A stretch of DNA of 64,000 bases from an uncultured Gemmatimonadaceae bacterium (GCA_963751275.1 CAVVTZ010000009.1:96001-160000), one strand, 5' to 3'; shown: positions 51,739 to 62,026, numbered from the stretch's first letter. Notes: generated from the sequence alone by a model not told the origin. Program-made: numbers and translations.

Positions 51739-52551
51739 TTAGAAGTGAAACGCGAACGCAACCTCCGGCCCAAAGATGTTCATGTCGTAAATGAACGTGT
51801 CCGATCCCGATCCCGACGAGTAGTTCAGCCCTAGCCAGCGGTATTGAAGCGCCGTCTCGAACAGCTTGCTCCACCGGTATCCCACCGATGGCAGCACCTG
51901 ATACGTCCAGTTGTTCCCGCTCGTGCCGCCGATGTCGGAGAAGAGCACGAGATGCCAACGGTCGGCATCCACCGGCGTCCAGCGGAATCCGACCACGGGA
52001 AGGGCCCACGTCTTCTGCTTGCTGTTGCTCTGGGGGGTCGGGCCAGGCGCCAGGATGGTGATCGTCCCGCTCGCCTGGATGCTGTTCACGAGACCGCCGA
52101 CCACCGCTTCGAAGCCGTGGCTGATCTCCTTGATGGCGAAGGCCTCCGCGGCGTATTGCTTCATGGTCACGCTGCCATTCACCCAGGTTCCTCCGGGATT
52201 CACGTCCTGCTTCAGGTCCATGTAGATCTGATCCAACACGAACGCCCACTGTCCCTTTCTCGCCTGGATATAGAGCATCCCGCCGAAGTGGAGGTGCGAG
52301 AAGATGTCGCTCGGGCTCGCGTCCACGTGCAGCAGCGGCAGGTTCCCGATCCCCGTGGTCCCCTGCATCGTCGGCATCAGCAGGTACGGTGCGATGGTCC
52401 ATTGCCAATGATCGGAGTCGGCCGGCGCCATCGGCGGCGGTGCCCACGCGCCAACGGCCGGCGCGAGAGCGTAATTCGTCGTTTGTGCCGCGAGCGGCGA
52501 TGACGCCGCGATCAGGATGGCAAAGAGAGGGAATCGGCGGAAGACTTTCAT
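51739..52551 (-). CDS. Outer-membrane beta-barrel protein
   Basis: Signal peptide, amphipathic strands, C-terminal AFAFHF. Confidence 0.75.
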   Translation of the reverse strand: MKVFRRFPLFAILIAASSPLAAQTTNYALAPAVGAWAPPPMAPADSDHWQWTIAPYLLMPTMQGTTGIGNLPLLHVDASPSDIFSHLHFGGMLYIQARKGQWAFVLDQIYMDLKQDVNPGGTWVNGSVTMKQYAAEAFAIKEISHGFEAVVGGLVNSIQASGTITILAPGPTPQSNSKQKTWALPVVGFRWTPVDADRWHLVLFSDIGGTSGNNWTYQVLPSVGYRWSKLFETALQYRWLGLNYSSGSGSDTFIYDMNIFGPEVAFAFHF

Positions 52552-52621
52552 TGGCGCCTCGATGATCAAGTTGTGTCCCGTGAAGCTGCGTCGGCTGGTG
52601 TAACAGCCTGCCGTCAGGCTT

Positions 52622-53425
52622 TTAGAAGTGAAACACCGCCGCCAGCTGCGGCCCATACGTCAGCGTCCGATACTGCAGATATCCCTCATCCGTGAACGTC
52701 GGCGTCGGCGGCGAGCCGTTGATGTATTCCACGTACAGCGCCCGGTACTGCGCCGAGATCTCGAGCATCTTGTTCACCTTGTAGCCCGCGGTGGGGAGCA
52801 GCTGCCAGGTCCAGTTCTTGCCGCTCCAACCGCCGACGTCGCCGAACACGGTCACGTGCCAACGGTCGCCGTCCACCGGCGTCCAGCGTCCCGCCGCCAC
52901 GGCCGTAAGCCAGGCATGCGGGTAGTTCTCGGCCACCGGCTCTTCGACGATGACATCGCCGGTCATCTCCTCGAACGTGCCGTTGATGATGGTGCCGACC
53001 CGGTGTCCGTTGACGCCGAGCGCCACATCCCACGCCTTCGCGGCGTGCCGGAAGAGATACGCGTCGAACGCGGTCTGGTTCGTTCCGAGCGTTCCCTCCA
53101 GCGTGTTGTCGCCCACCGCCACGAGCGGATTCGGCTCGATGGTCTGGTTCAGCGAGACGTTGCTCGCATTGAGCGCGAACGACCACGCGCCGCCCCTCAC
53201 TTCGAGATAGACCCCGCCGCCGGCCTGCAGTCCCTTGAACGGCCCCGGCGAGCGGTTCACACTCGCCGCCGGCCACTCCTCGATCGCGACGGTGCCGCTC
53301 ATGCCCGCGAACATCACATAGGGCGCGATGGTCCATTCGATTGGCGCCGCCGCCGCTTGCCCTCGCGCCGAAAGGGCGGAACCGAGGATCAGGATCGCCA
53401 CGCTGCCCAACCGGAAATGTTTCAT
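52622..53425 (-). CDS. Outer-membrane beta-barrel protein, paralogue of the previous gene
   Basis: Shared WTIAPY, RWTPVDxDRWH, QYR; C-terminal AVFHF. Confidence 0.75.
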   Translation of the reverse strand: MKHFRLGSVAILILGSALSARGQAAAAPIEWTIAPYVMFAGMSGTVAIEEWPAASVNRSPGPFKGLQAGGGVYLEVRGGAWSFALNASNVSLNQTIEPNPLVAVGDNTLEGTLGTNQTAFDAYLFRHAAKAWDVALGVNGHRVGTIINGTFEEMTGDVIVEEPVAENYPHAWLTAVAAGRWTPVDGDRWHVTVFGDVGGWSGKNWTWQLLPTAGYKVNKMLEISAQYRALYVEYINGSPPTPTFTDEGYLQYRTLTYGPQLAAVFHF

Positions 53426-53707
53426 GTGCCTCATCATGGGAGAACGTTGCCCGATACTTCCTCCCCAGAAGATGGCACCCCGCCACCCATGATTCAAACC
53501 ACCCCGGACATTCCCTGACAAGAAACGCTATTTCTCACTTCGTCCGCCGGTCGATCCCGGAGCCATCTCTAGCTATACCCCCCGGCCGCGCCGGACTTGC
53601 AGTCCGCCGGCGACAGCCGCCAGCCCGCCGTGGCACTTGTTCTACTTGCCCTCCCACCGAACCTTGGGTACGATAGAAAAAACACCCCAGTCCTGAGGAC
53701 TGAGCAT

Positions 53708-55816
53708 ATGAGAGAATTCGGCAGTGCGGAGATCCGCAACGTGGCGGTCGTCGGGCATGGTGCGAGCGGGAAGACCACATTGGTCGACGCGCTCGCTTTC
53801 GTTTCCGGGTCGTCCAAACGGCACGGCTCCATAAAGGAAGGCACCACCCTCACGGACTTCTCCCCCGAAGAGATCGAACGCAAATACTCCATCAACGCCG
53901 GCTGCGCGTACGCCGAGTGGATGGACAGCAAGATCAATCTCATCGACACCCCGGGATACGCCGACTTCATGGGCGACGCGGTGGCCGGACTCGCGGCTGC
54001 CGACGGCGCGCTCGTCGTGGTGAGCGCCACCGCCGGCGTCGAGGTCGGAACCGAGTCGATGTTCCGCGAAGCTGTGGCCCGGAAGGATCCCGTGCTCTTC
54101 GTCGTCTCCCTGCTCGACAAGGAGCACGCGTCCTTCGACATGGCCTACGAGAGCATCAAGGCGCGACTCACGCCCAACGTCATCCCCGTGGAAGTGCCCA
54201 TCGGCGAAGGCGCCGCCTTCCGCGGCGTGCTCAATCTCTTCTCGCGCAAGGCGCACCTCTATAAGAAGGGCACCAAGGCCGGCGAATACGATGAGACGGA
54301 CATCCCCGCCGACCAGCAGGCGATGTTCGACAAGTATTACGAGCAGCTCGTCGAGACGATCGCGAGTACCGACGACGCGATGCTCGAGCGCTACCTCGAA
54401 GGGAAGGAGATCGGCCGCGACGAAGCGATCGCCGCCATGAAAGAAGGGATGAAGCGCGGCGACCTCTTCCCGCTCTTCTGCGTGAGCGCCGAGCAGACCT
54501 TCGGCACGCGCGCGCTGCTCACGAAGATCGTGGAGCTCATGCCGAGCGCGTTCGAGATGGAAGAGCTGCACGCGCTCAAGGGCGCGGAAGGCGACAAGAC
54601 GGTGGAGATCCACGCGAAGGACGACGCGCCCTTCGCGGCGTGGGTCTTCAAGACGCAGTCGGAGCCACACGTCGGCGATGTCTCCTTCTTCCGGATCCTC
54701 TCGGGCTCGGTGGTGAACGGCGCCGAGGTGTTCAACGCAACCCGCAACGGCGTCGAGAAACTCGGCCACATCGCGGTGGCGCAGGGGAAGGACCGCACCG
54801 AGATCAACAAGCTGCACGCCGGCGACATCGGCTGCGTGGCCAAGCTCAAGAACACGCACACGAACGACACGCTCAGCACGAAGGACCATCCGGTGCGCCT
54901 GCCGGCCGTGAAGTTCCCCGAGCCGCTCGTGGAATTCGCGGTGCACGCCTCGGTGCGCAACGACGAAGAGAAACTCCAGGCCGGACTGCACCGGCTGCAC
55001 GACGAGGACCCCACCTTCGAGATGCACTACGATCCCGAGACGCACGAGACGATCGTCACCGGGCTCGGCGAGCGCCATCTCGAAGTGAACATGGCCAAGC
55101 TGCACCGGAAGTTCGGCGTCACCGGCGATCTCACGAAACCGCGCATCGCCTACCGCGAGACGATCCGCGGCAAGGGCGAAGGGCAGGGACGCCACAAGAA
55201 GCAGTCCGGCGGGCGCGGCCAGTTCGGCGACTGCTGGGTGCGCTTCGCGCCACTGCCGCGCGGCGAGGGCTACGTGTTCCAGGATGAGATCGTGGGCGGC
55301 TCGATCCCGAACAAATTCATTCCCGCCGTGGACCGCGGCATCCAGGAAGCCTCGGCGCGCGGGATATTGGCGGGCTATCCACTGGTGGATTTCACCGTCG
55401 AGTGCTTCGACGGCTCATATCACTCGGTGGACTCGAACGAGATGAGCTTCAAGATGGCCGGCATCCTCGCCTTCAAGGCGGTGGCGCCGAAGTGCAAGCC
55501 GGTGCTGCTCGAGCCGCTGGATGAGCTCGAGATCAGCACGCCGGGCGATTGCCTCGGCGACGTGATGGGCGATATCTCGGCGCGTCGCGGGCACATCCTG
55601 GGCTCCGATGCGCTCCCCGACAATCGCGGCACCTTGGTGCGCGCCGTGATCCCGCGGGCCTCGCTGCACCTCTACGCGACCGACCTCAGCAGCATGACCC
55701 ACGGCCGCGCCAGCTTCACCAAGAAATTCCGCGGCTACGAAGAGGCCCCCGGCGACGAGACGCAGAAGATCATCGCCGAGTCCGCCAAGGGAGAGGAGGT
55801 CCTCGCCGAGGCGTGA
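53708..55816 (+). CDS. fusA: Elongation factor G-like protein (EF-G II)
   Basis: GHGASGKTT, DTPGYADF, KKQSGGRGQFG, DGSYHSVDS. Confidence 0.92.
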   Translation: MREFGSAEIRNVAVVGHGASGKTTLVDALAFVSGSSKRHGSIKEGTTLTDFSPEEIERKYSINAGCAYAEWMDSKINLIDTPGYADFMGDAVAGLAAADGALVVVSATAGVEVGTESMFREAVARKDPVLFVVSLLDKEHASFDMAYESIKARLTPNVIPVEVPIGEGAAFRGVLNLFSRKAHLYKKGTKAGEYDETDIPADQQAMFDKYYEQLVETIASTDDAMLERYLEGKEIGRDEAIAAMKEGMKRGDLFPLFCVSAEQTFGTRALLTKIVELMPSAFEMEELHALKGAEGDKTVEIHAKDDAPFAAWVFKTQSEPHVGDVSFFRILSGSVVNGAEVFNATRNGVEKLGHIAVAQGKDRTEINKLHAGDIGCVAKLKNTHTNDTLSTKDHPVRLPAVKFPEPLVEFAVHASVRNDEEKLQAGLHRLHDEDPTFEMHYDPETHETIVTGLGERHLEVNMAKLHRKFGVTGDLTKPRIAYRETIRGKGEGQGRHKKQSGGRGQFGDCWVRFAPLPRGEGYVFQDEIVGGSIPNKFIPAVDRGIQEASARGILAGYPLVDFTVECFDGSYHSVDSNEMSFKMAGILAFKAVAPKCKPVLLEPLDELEISTPGDCLGDVMGDISARRGHILGSDALPDNRGTLVRAVIPRASLHLYATDLSSMTHGRASFTKKFRGYEEAPGDETQKIIAESAKGEEVLAEA

Positions 55817-55845
55817 TCGTTCGTTGCGCCGGGGCGGGGAGTACT

Positions 55846-56050
55846 ACAACTGCTTGCACGCGGATCGCGCGGATTGCGCGGATCACGCGGTTTGCTCCAT
55901 GCACGATGAAGGCTTCTTGCCGGTGATCCAGCGGTTGTTTTTGTTGTTAACAACAGAAACGAATGCTGAACTACATCCGGGGAGCCTTCATCGCACAATG
56001 AGCATTCCGCGCGATCCGCGGATTCCGCGTCATCCGCGTGCAAGCAGTTG
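55846..56050. repeat. About 200-bp hairpin with 9-bp-periodic GCGGAT arrays
   Basis: caactgcttgcacgcggat... / ...atccgcgtgcaagcagttg; gatgaaggct / agccttcatc; centre gttaac. Confidence 0.82.
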
Positions 56051-56157
56051 CTGTTCAAGCACTCGCCGGCCTCATGCGGCCCCTCCGCGCGCGTGATACG
56101 TTTGGTGCTTCGATTCCACAACAATTCTCGAGGACACTGATGATCTCTGCTCTTGTC

Positions 56158-57678
56158 ATGCGCCGCGCGTTTGTCGGGATCCTGGTCTTCGCACCGGCGC
56201 TCTACTCGCAATCCCCGGCGAAGACGAAGGCCGCCGACCCGCTGGCGGGGTTCGATGCGTACGTCGCGAAGGGGATGAAGGATTGGGACGTGCCCGGGAT
56301 GGAGATCGCGGTCGTGAAGGACGACTCGGTCACCTTCATCAAGGGCTACGGCGTGAAGACCGTGGGCGGGCACGATTCGGTGAACATCCACACCCTTTTC
56401 GCGAACGCGTCCACCACGAAGGCCTTCGGGTCGTACGTGACGATGCTCATGGTGGACAGCGGCAAGCTCTCGCTGGAGTCCCGCGTCGCCGACCGGATGC
56501 CGCAGTTGCAGCTCATGTCCCCCTATGTGACATCCGAACTCACCGAGCGCGATCTGCTCACGCACCGCACCGGCCTCCCCGAGGCGGGCTACCTCTGGTA
56601 CGGCACCAGCTACGACTTCAACGAGATCGCGAAGAAGCTGCGCCTCGTGAAGCCCACGTACTCCTTCCGCGAACACTTCCAGTACCAGAACGAGACGTAC
56701 GCGGCCGGCGTGTTCATCGCGGCCGACGCCGCCAAGGAGAACTGGGAGGCGATGTACAAGCGGGACATCTTCACGCCCCTCGGCATGAACGAGACCGTCA
56801 CCAACACCGCGGCCGCGGCCGCCAGCAGGAACGTGGCGACGCCGCACTTCCTGATCGACGACACGGTACGCGCCATCGACCGGTATCCGACGGACAACAT
56901 CGGCCCCGCGGGCGCGATGTACTCGTCGGTGTATGACATGGCCAAATGGCTGCGCTTCTTGCTCGACAGCACGCGCATCGGCGGCAAGCGCATGCTCAGC
57001 GCCGCGAATTTCGCCGAGTTGTGGAAGCTGCAGCAGATCGTTGGCCCCGATGAGTTCTATCCCACCGCGCGGCTCACGCACCCGAACTACACCGCGTACG
57101 GGCTCGGCTGGTTCCTTGAGGATTACCGGGGCGAGGCCGTGGTCTTCCACACCGGCAGCATCGATGGCTTCGTCGCGATCGTCGGGCTGATCCCGAGCCG
57201 CAAGCTCGGCGTGGTGATCTTCGAGAACCTCGATCACGCCGAACTGCGCCACGCGCTCATGTACACCGTGTTCGACCGTTACATGGGCGGCGGGACGCAC
57301 GACTGGAGCGCCGAGCTGAAGAAGATGTACGACGCCGCGCGGGCGCAGCGCGCGCAGGCGGTGGCGGCCGAGGCGAAGAAGCGCGTGATGGGCACCAAGC
57401 CATCATTGCCCCTCGAGGCCTACGCCGGCGTCTACAAGGATCCGCTCTACGGCACCACCACCATCAAGATGAAGGATGGCAAGTTGTGGGTGGATGATCC
57501 GTTCGCGACCGCGACCGTGGAGCACTGGAACTACGACACGTTCGAGTTCAAGTACAGCAAGCGCTGGTTCGGGACACAACTGGTCACGTTCCAGATCGGC
57601 ACCGATGGGAAGGTCTCTGGGATCGATCTCGGTGATGGCGTGGTCATCGCGCGCGTGGCGGATCCCGCGAGTAAGTAG
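56158..57678 (+). CDS. Secreted serine hydrolase with DUF3471-like C-terminus
   Basis: ASTTK (SxxK), YQN, HTG; LPLEAYAGVY..YG. Confidence 0.9.
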   Translation: MRRAFVGILVFAPALYSQSPAKTKAADPLAGFDAYVAKGMKDWDVPGMEIAVVKDDSVTFIKGYGVKTVGGHDSVNIHTLFANASTTKAFGSYVTMLMVDSGKLSLESRVADRMPQLQLMSPYVTSELTERDLLTHRTGLPEAGYLWYGTSYDFNEIAKKLRLVKPTYSFREHFQYQNETYAAGVFIAADAAKENWEAMYKRDIFTPLGMNETVTNTAAAAASRNVATPHFLIDDTVRAIDRYPTDNIGPAGAMYSSVYDMAKWLRFLLDSTRIGGKRMLSAANFAELWKLQQIVGPDEFYPTARLTHPNYTAYGLGWFLEDYRGEAVVFHTGSIDGFVAIVGLIPSRKLGVVIFENLDHAELRHALMYTVFDRYMGGGTHDWSAELKKMYDAARAQRAQAVAAEAKKRVMGTKPSLPLEAYAGVYKDPLYGTTTIKMKDGKLWVDDPFATATVEHWNYDTFEFKYSKRWFGTQLVTFQIGTDGKVSGIDLGDGVVIARVADPASK

Positions 57679-57692
57679 GGAGTGGGAAGGGC

Positions 57693-57852
57693 AACTGCAT
57701 TGGACAGGATGAACATGATGGTCATGATGAACCGCAACGACGACCAACAGCGGTTGATGTTGTAACTGCGCGTGTAGTTCACAACAGCAGTGGGGTGTTG
57801 TTGGCCGTTGCCGTTCATCATGACCATCATGTTCATCCTGTCAAATGCAGTT
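57693..57852. repeat. Hairpin with 9-bp-periodic CATGAT arrays
   Basis: aactgcattggacaggatgaacatgatggtcatgatgaac / gttcatcatgaccatcatgttcatcctgtcaaatgcagtt. Confidence 0.85.
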
Positions 57853-57910
57853 CACCACGAACTACTTTGACATGATGACGGGATAGCGGCAGGATGATCA
57901 GGATGACTAC

Positions 57911-58531
57911 CTAACGATGCTTTCTCAACCGTTTGAGGCGGACGTGCTCTTCGCGCTCACGCTCATCGAGCGTCGAGCGCACCCATGAGATCCGCGAACG
58001 AAGCGATGGCTCGATGCGCTGCTCGAGCGTTCGGAGCTGGCGCGTGGATCGCGCTACCGCGTCGCCGAGGCGCTGGATCTGCTGCTCGCGGGCTGCGGCG
58101 CTGATCAGGAGATCCACCAGCGTCTCGAATTCCTCGGCGGCGGCCGACACCGCACCGGCGCCGGCGGTGAATCCGCGCGATTCCGGCGTGCGCTTCACGG
58201 GGCCGCGCTCCACGATCTCGGCTACCGGGATCCCCCACACGAACGCCGGACGCACGCTCAGCTGCACGGTGCGCGACGGCCATCCGAAGGCGCGCGTGCC
58301 CAATGATCCGTGGGTCGCGAGCGCTTCCAACAGCGCCGGATACGCATTGCCCGCCTGCTTCGCGATCTCGGCGCGCGCGCCCATCGCGGGACGCGCCAGC
58401 TTGAACAATTCGCCCACCAGCGCTTCGCGCTTCCGCCGCACCAATTCGGCGCCCTTCTCCACCTGCGCGAGCTGCTTGCGCGAGCGGAGCAGGTTCACGC
58501 GCGTCGGCGCGATGTGCTCGCGGTCGCTCAC
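57911..58531 (-). CDS. V/A-type ATPase subunit D
   Basis: APTRVNLL, LVRRKREAL, LDEREREE; operon position. Confidence 0.9.
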   Translation of the reverse strand: MSDREHIAPTRVNLLRSRKQLAQVEKGAELVRRKREALVGELFKLARPAMGARAEIAKQAGNAYPALLEALATHGSLGTRAFGWPSRTVQLSVRPAFVWGIPVAEIVERGPVKRTPESRGFTAGAGAVSAAAEEFETLVDLLISAAAREQQIQRLGDAVARSTRQLRTLEQRIEPSLRSRISWVRSTLDEREREEHVRLKRLRKHR

Positions 58532-59961
58532 CCGCCCCTCGCCTTCACCACCGCGTCGCGCGCGGCCCAGCTCTTCGCGCTCAAGCGGTGCAGCTCGGAG
58601 CGCGGTACGGTCTCGAGCAACTTCCATCCCACTTCGAAGGTCTCGGCGATCGTGCGCCGCGTGCCGCCCTGGTTCACGAATTCCTTCTCGAACTGGTCGG
58701 CGAAGTCGAGCGCGCGCCGCTCCTCCTCGGGCAACCCGGTCGCGCCGAGGATCGCGCTCATCACGCGCGCCTCGCGGCCGCGTGCGTACACGGCGTACAG
58801 CTGGTCGCTCCATTCGCGGTGCTCGGGACTCGTCTTCCCGGCGCCGATCCCCGCGCTCATCAATCGCGACAGACTCGGCAGCACATCGATCGGCGGCTCC
58901 ACGCCGCGGCGGTGCAGCTCGCGGCTCAGCACGATCTGCCCCTCGGTGATGTAGCCCGTGAGGTCGGGGATCGGATGCGTGATGTCGTCGTCCGGCATCG
59001 TGACGATCGGGATCTGCGTGATCGAACCGGCCTTCCCTTCGATCACCCCCGCGCGCTCGTAGATGCTCGCGAGGTCGGTGTACATGTAACCCGGGAACCC
59101 GCGTCGGCCGGGGATCTCGTCGCGCGCCGTCGCGATCTCGCGCAGGGCCTCGCAGTAATGCGTCATGTCGGCGATCACGACGAGCACGTGCATGCCGAGG
59201 TCGAACGCGAGGTACTCGGCGGCGGTGAGACCGAGACGGGGGGCGAGCAGGCGCTCGACTGCGGGGTGGCCGGCCTCGTTCAAATACAAGACAGTGCGCT
59301 CCATCGCTTCGCTGTGCTGGAAGCGGTCGAGGAAGGCGGCGGTCTCGCGTGCGGTGATGCCGACGCCGACAAATACGACTGCGAAGTCCACTGCAGGCTG
59401 GGGGCTGTCGGCTGTCGGTGCCTGCGCTGAGGGGCGAGTGGGGACGCGGGCGTGCTCAACGATCTCGGCGGCGATCTCGAGACCCGGGAGACCGGGTCCC
59501 GAGAAGACGGGGAGTTTCTGGCCCCGTACCAACGTGTTCATCGCATCGATCGCGGAGAATCCCGTCTCGATGAAATCGCCGGGACGGGCGCGGCGCACGG
59601 GGTTCATCGGCGAGCCACCGATCGGACGGATCGCTTCGCCGATCGGGGCGGGGAGGCCGTCAACCGGCACGCCCAATCCCGAGAAGGCGCGGCCGAGGAG
59701 GTCGCGGCCGACCACGGTGGTCGCGACTTCGCCGGAGAGAATGAGATCGCTCCTGCCGGGTGCGAGGCCGATCGTGTCGCCGAGTACTTGTACGACGGTG
59801 ACCGTCTGGCTCACTTCGAGCACCTGGCCGCGGCGGTCGGGCTGGCCTTCGCTGCGGATCGTGACCCATTCGCCGAGCGCGCCGTGGCGCGCGCCTTCGA
59901 GGAAGAGGAGCGGGCCGGCAGCCGCGTGCGCGCCGTGATAGGTGCGGGAGACGGTGCTCAT
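58528..59961 (-). CDS. V/A-type ATPase subunit B
   Basis: NTLVRGQKLPVFSG, GRRGFPGYMYTDL, THPIPDLTGYITEGQ. Confidence 0.96.
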   Translation of the reverse strand: MSTVSRTYHGAHAAAGPLLFLEGARHGALGEWVTIRSEGQPDRRGQVLEVSQTVTVVQVLGDTIGLAPGRSDLILSGEVATTVVGRDLLGRAFSGLGVPVDGLPAPIGEAIRPIGGSPMNPVRRARPGDFIETGFSAIDAMNTLVRGQKLPVFSGPGLPGLEIAAEIVEHARVPTRPSAQAPTADSPQPAVDFAVVFVGVGITARETAAFLDRFQHSEAMERTVLYLNEAGHPAVERLLAPRLGLTAAEYLAFDLGMHVLVVIADMTHYCEALREIATARDEIPGRRGFPGYMYTDLASIYERAGVIEGKAGSITQIPIVTMPDDDITHPIPDLTGYITEGQIVLSRELHRRGVEPPIDVLPSLSRLMSAGIGAGKTSPEHREWSDQLYAVYARGREARVMSAILGATGLPEEERRALDFADQFEKEFVNQGGTRRTIAETFEVGWKLLETVPRSELHRLSAKSWAARDAVVKARGG

Positions 59962-61697
59962 GTAAGCTCCTTCGCGGCCTTCATCGCGAGTTCCTTCGCG
60001 GCGGCGAATTCATTCTCTGGCGCGTCGCGCAGCGCCGCGAGCGCGTTCTCGGCGCGCGCGATGTCGAGCTTCGCCATCGGCGTGCCGGCGGCGAGCGCGG
60101 TCTCGCCCGCGCGCAGCAGCTCGCGCGCCACCGAGGCGAGTGCGTACGTGCGCTGCGGCGTGCTTGCGCAGTCCACGGCGTGGTAAGCGTTCTGCCGGAG
60201 GATCACTTCACGCACCACGCCGGCCACGGCGAGCGTGAGCCGGTCCTTGTCCTCGAGCGCCTCCGGGCCGACGAGCGCGGCAATGTCGCGCAGTTCACGC
60301 TCGCGCTGGAGGAGCGCCATGAGATCGCGGCGCAGATCGTTCCAGTCGGCGCCTACATTCTTTGCGAACCAGGGCGCGAGCGCGTTCGCCTGCAGCGAGT
60401 AGCTCGTCTCCCAATCCACGGCGGGGAAGTGCCGCTGGTGCGCGAGTGCGGGATCGAGCGCCCACAGGGCGCCCGTCACGCGCAGCGCGGCTTGCGTCAC
60501 CGGCTCGGAGAAATCGCCGCCCGGCGGCGAGATCGCACCGATGATCGTCACCGCGCCGTCGCGCGCGGGTGAGCCGGCCGCGCGTACGCGCCCGGCGCGC
60601 TCGAAGAACGCGCCGAGCCGCGACGCGAGCGACGTGGGATACCCTTCTTCGCCCGGCATCTCCTGCATGCGCGCCGCGAGTTCGCGCAGCGCCTCGGCCC
60701 AGCGGCTCGCGCTGTCCACCATGAGCGCCACGCGGTAGCCCATGTCGCGGAAATACTCGGCCACCGTCGCGCCGAGATAGATCGACGTCTCGCGCGCCGC
60801 GACCGGCATGTTGCTCGTGTTGACGATGAGCACCGCGCGGTCCATCACCGGCCGGCCGGTGCGCGTGTCGATCAGCTTCGGGAATTCGGTGAGCACTTCG
60901 GTCATCTCGTTGCCGCGCTCGCCGCAGCCGACGTACACCACGATGTCGGCGTCGGCGTACTTCGCGAGCGACTGCTCGATGATGGTCTTGCCGGTGCCGA
61001 AGCCGCCGGGGACGGCGGCGCTGCCGCCTTCGGCGAGGGGGAAGAGGAGGTCGAAGATCCTTTGACCCGTGAGGAACGGACGACTGCTGGCTGTCGGCTG
61101 TCGGCTGTCGCCTGCCGGGCGCGGGATCCTAACCGGCCACGCGTGGGCGAGTCTCAGAATTGTGCCGTCGACCAGCGTGCCGATCGGGTCCACGACACTG
61201 AATGCACCGGAGTTCAACTCCTTGATCGTTCCCTTCACGCCGGGCGGGACCATCACGTGGTGTTTGAGGCCCGGTTTCTCATCAATCGTGCCGAGCACAT
61301 CGCCGCCGGTCACTTCGGCGCCGGCTTTCAATGTGGGCGTGAACTGCCACTTCTTCTCCGGGTCCAGCGTCGGGGCGGTCGCGCCGGCGGCGATGAAGTC
61401 GCCGAACTGCGCAGCGACACGGGCGAGCGGGCGTCCGACGCCGTCGAGCACGGCGCCGAGCAGGCCGGGGCCGAGTGTTACGGCGAGCGTGCCGCCTTCG
61501 GTCTCCACCGGCTCGCCGAGGGTGAGGCCGTTCGTGTCCTCGTACACTTGGAGCGTGCCCACATCGCCGGTCACGCGCACCACTTCGGCCATGAGCTTCC
61601 GCGAGCCTACGTGCGCGAGCTCGTAGAGCGACGCGTCCGGGAGCGGCGCCGCTTCCACGAGCGCGCCGGCGACGCGCGTGATGCGCGCCGCGCTCAT
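59958..61697 (-). CDS. V/A-type ATPase subunit A
   Basis: GGFGTGKT, CGERGNE, NTSNMPVAARE, PAVDW. Confidence 0.96.
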   Translation of the reverse strand: MSAARITRVAGALVEAAPLPDASLYELAHVGSRKLMAEVVRVTGDVGTLQVYEDTNGLTLGEPVETEGGTLAVTLGPGLLGAVLDGVGRPLARVAAQFGDFIAAGATAPTLDPEKKWQFTPTLKAGAEVTGGDVLGTIDEKPGLKHHVMVPPGVKGTIKELNSGAFSVVDPIGTLVDGTILRLAHAWPVRIPRPAGDSRQPTASSRPFLTGQRIFDLLFPLAEGGSAAVPGGFGTGKTIIEQSLAKYADADIVVYVGCGERGNEMTEVLTEFPKLIDTRTGRPVMDRAVLIVNTSNMPVAARETSIYLGATVAEYFRDMGYRVALMVDSASRWAEALRELAARMQEMPGEEGYPTSLASRLGAFFERAGRVRAAGSPARDGAVTIIGAISPPGGDFSEPVTQAALRVTGALWALDPALAHQRHFPAVDWETSYSLQANALAPWFAKNVGADWNDLRRDLMALLQRERELRDIAALVGPEALEDKDRLTLAVAGVVREVILRQNAYHAVDCASTPQRTYALASVARELLRAGETALAAGTPMAKLDIARAENALAALRDAPENEFAAAKELAMKAAKELT

Positions 61698-62026
61698 TGC
61701 AGCCTCACGCGGTAGCCGATCGCGCGCTGCAGCAGCGCGAGGATGTATTCGGCGGGCTCCGCCGGCGCCGCGTCCCAGAGCGGTGCGGGGAAGGGCACGA
61801 CGATCGGCACCGCGCGCTTCGCGATCTCGAGGCGGTCCTCGTCGGAGAGCAGGCGCATCAGTGTGTCTTCCACCAGCAACAGCGCGGTGCCGGCCGCGCG
61901 CGCGAGCGTCGCGATGCGCGCCCCCGCCGCGCCGTCGGCCACGAGCTCTGTGACCGGAAGACCGGCGAGCGCGAAGCCCGAGGCGATGCCCGGCCGCGCG
62001 ACGACCTTCACATCGCCCGTCATCAT
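61694..62026 (-). CDS. V/A-type ATPase subunit F
   Basis: GFALAG, QRAIGY; operon position. Confidence 0.85.
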   Translation of the reverse strand: MMTGDVKVVARPGIASGFALAGLPVTELVADGAAGARIATLARAAGTALLLVEDTLMRLLSDEDRLEIAKRAVPIVVPFPAPLWDAAPAEPAEYILALLQRAIGYRVRLQ

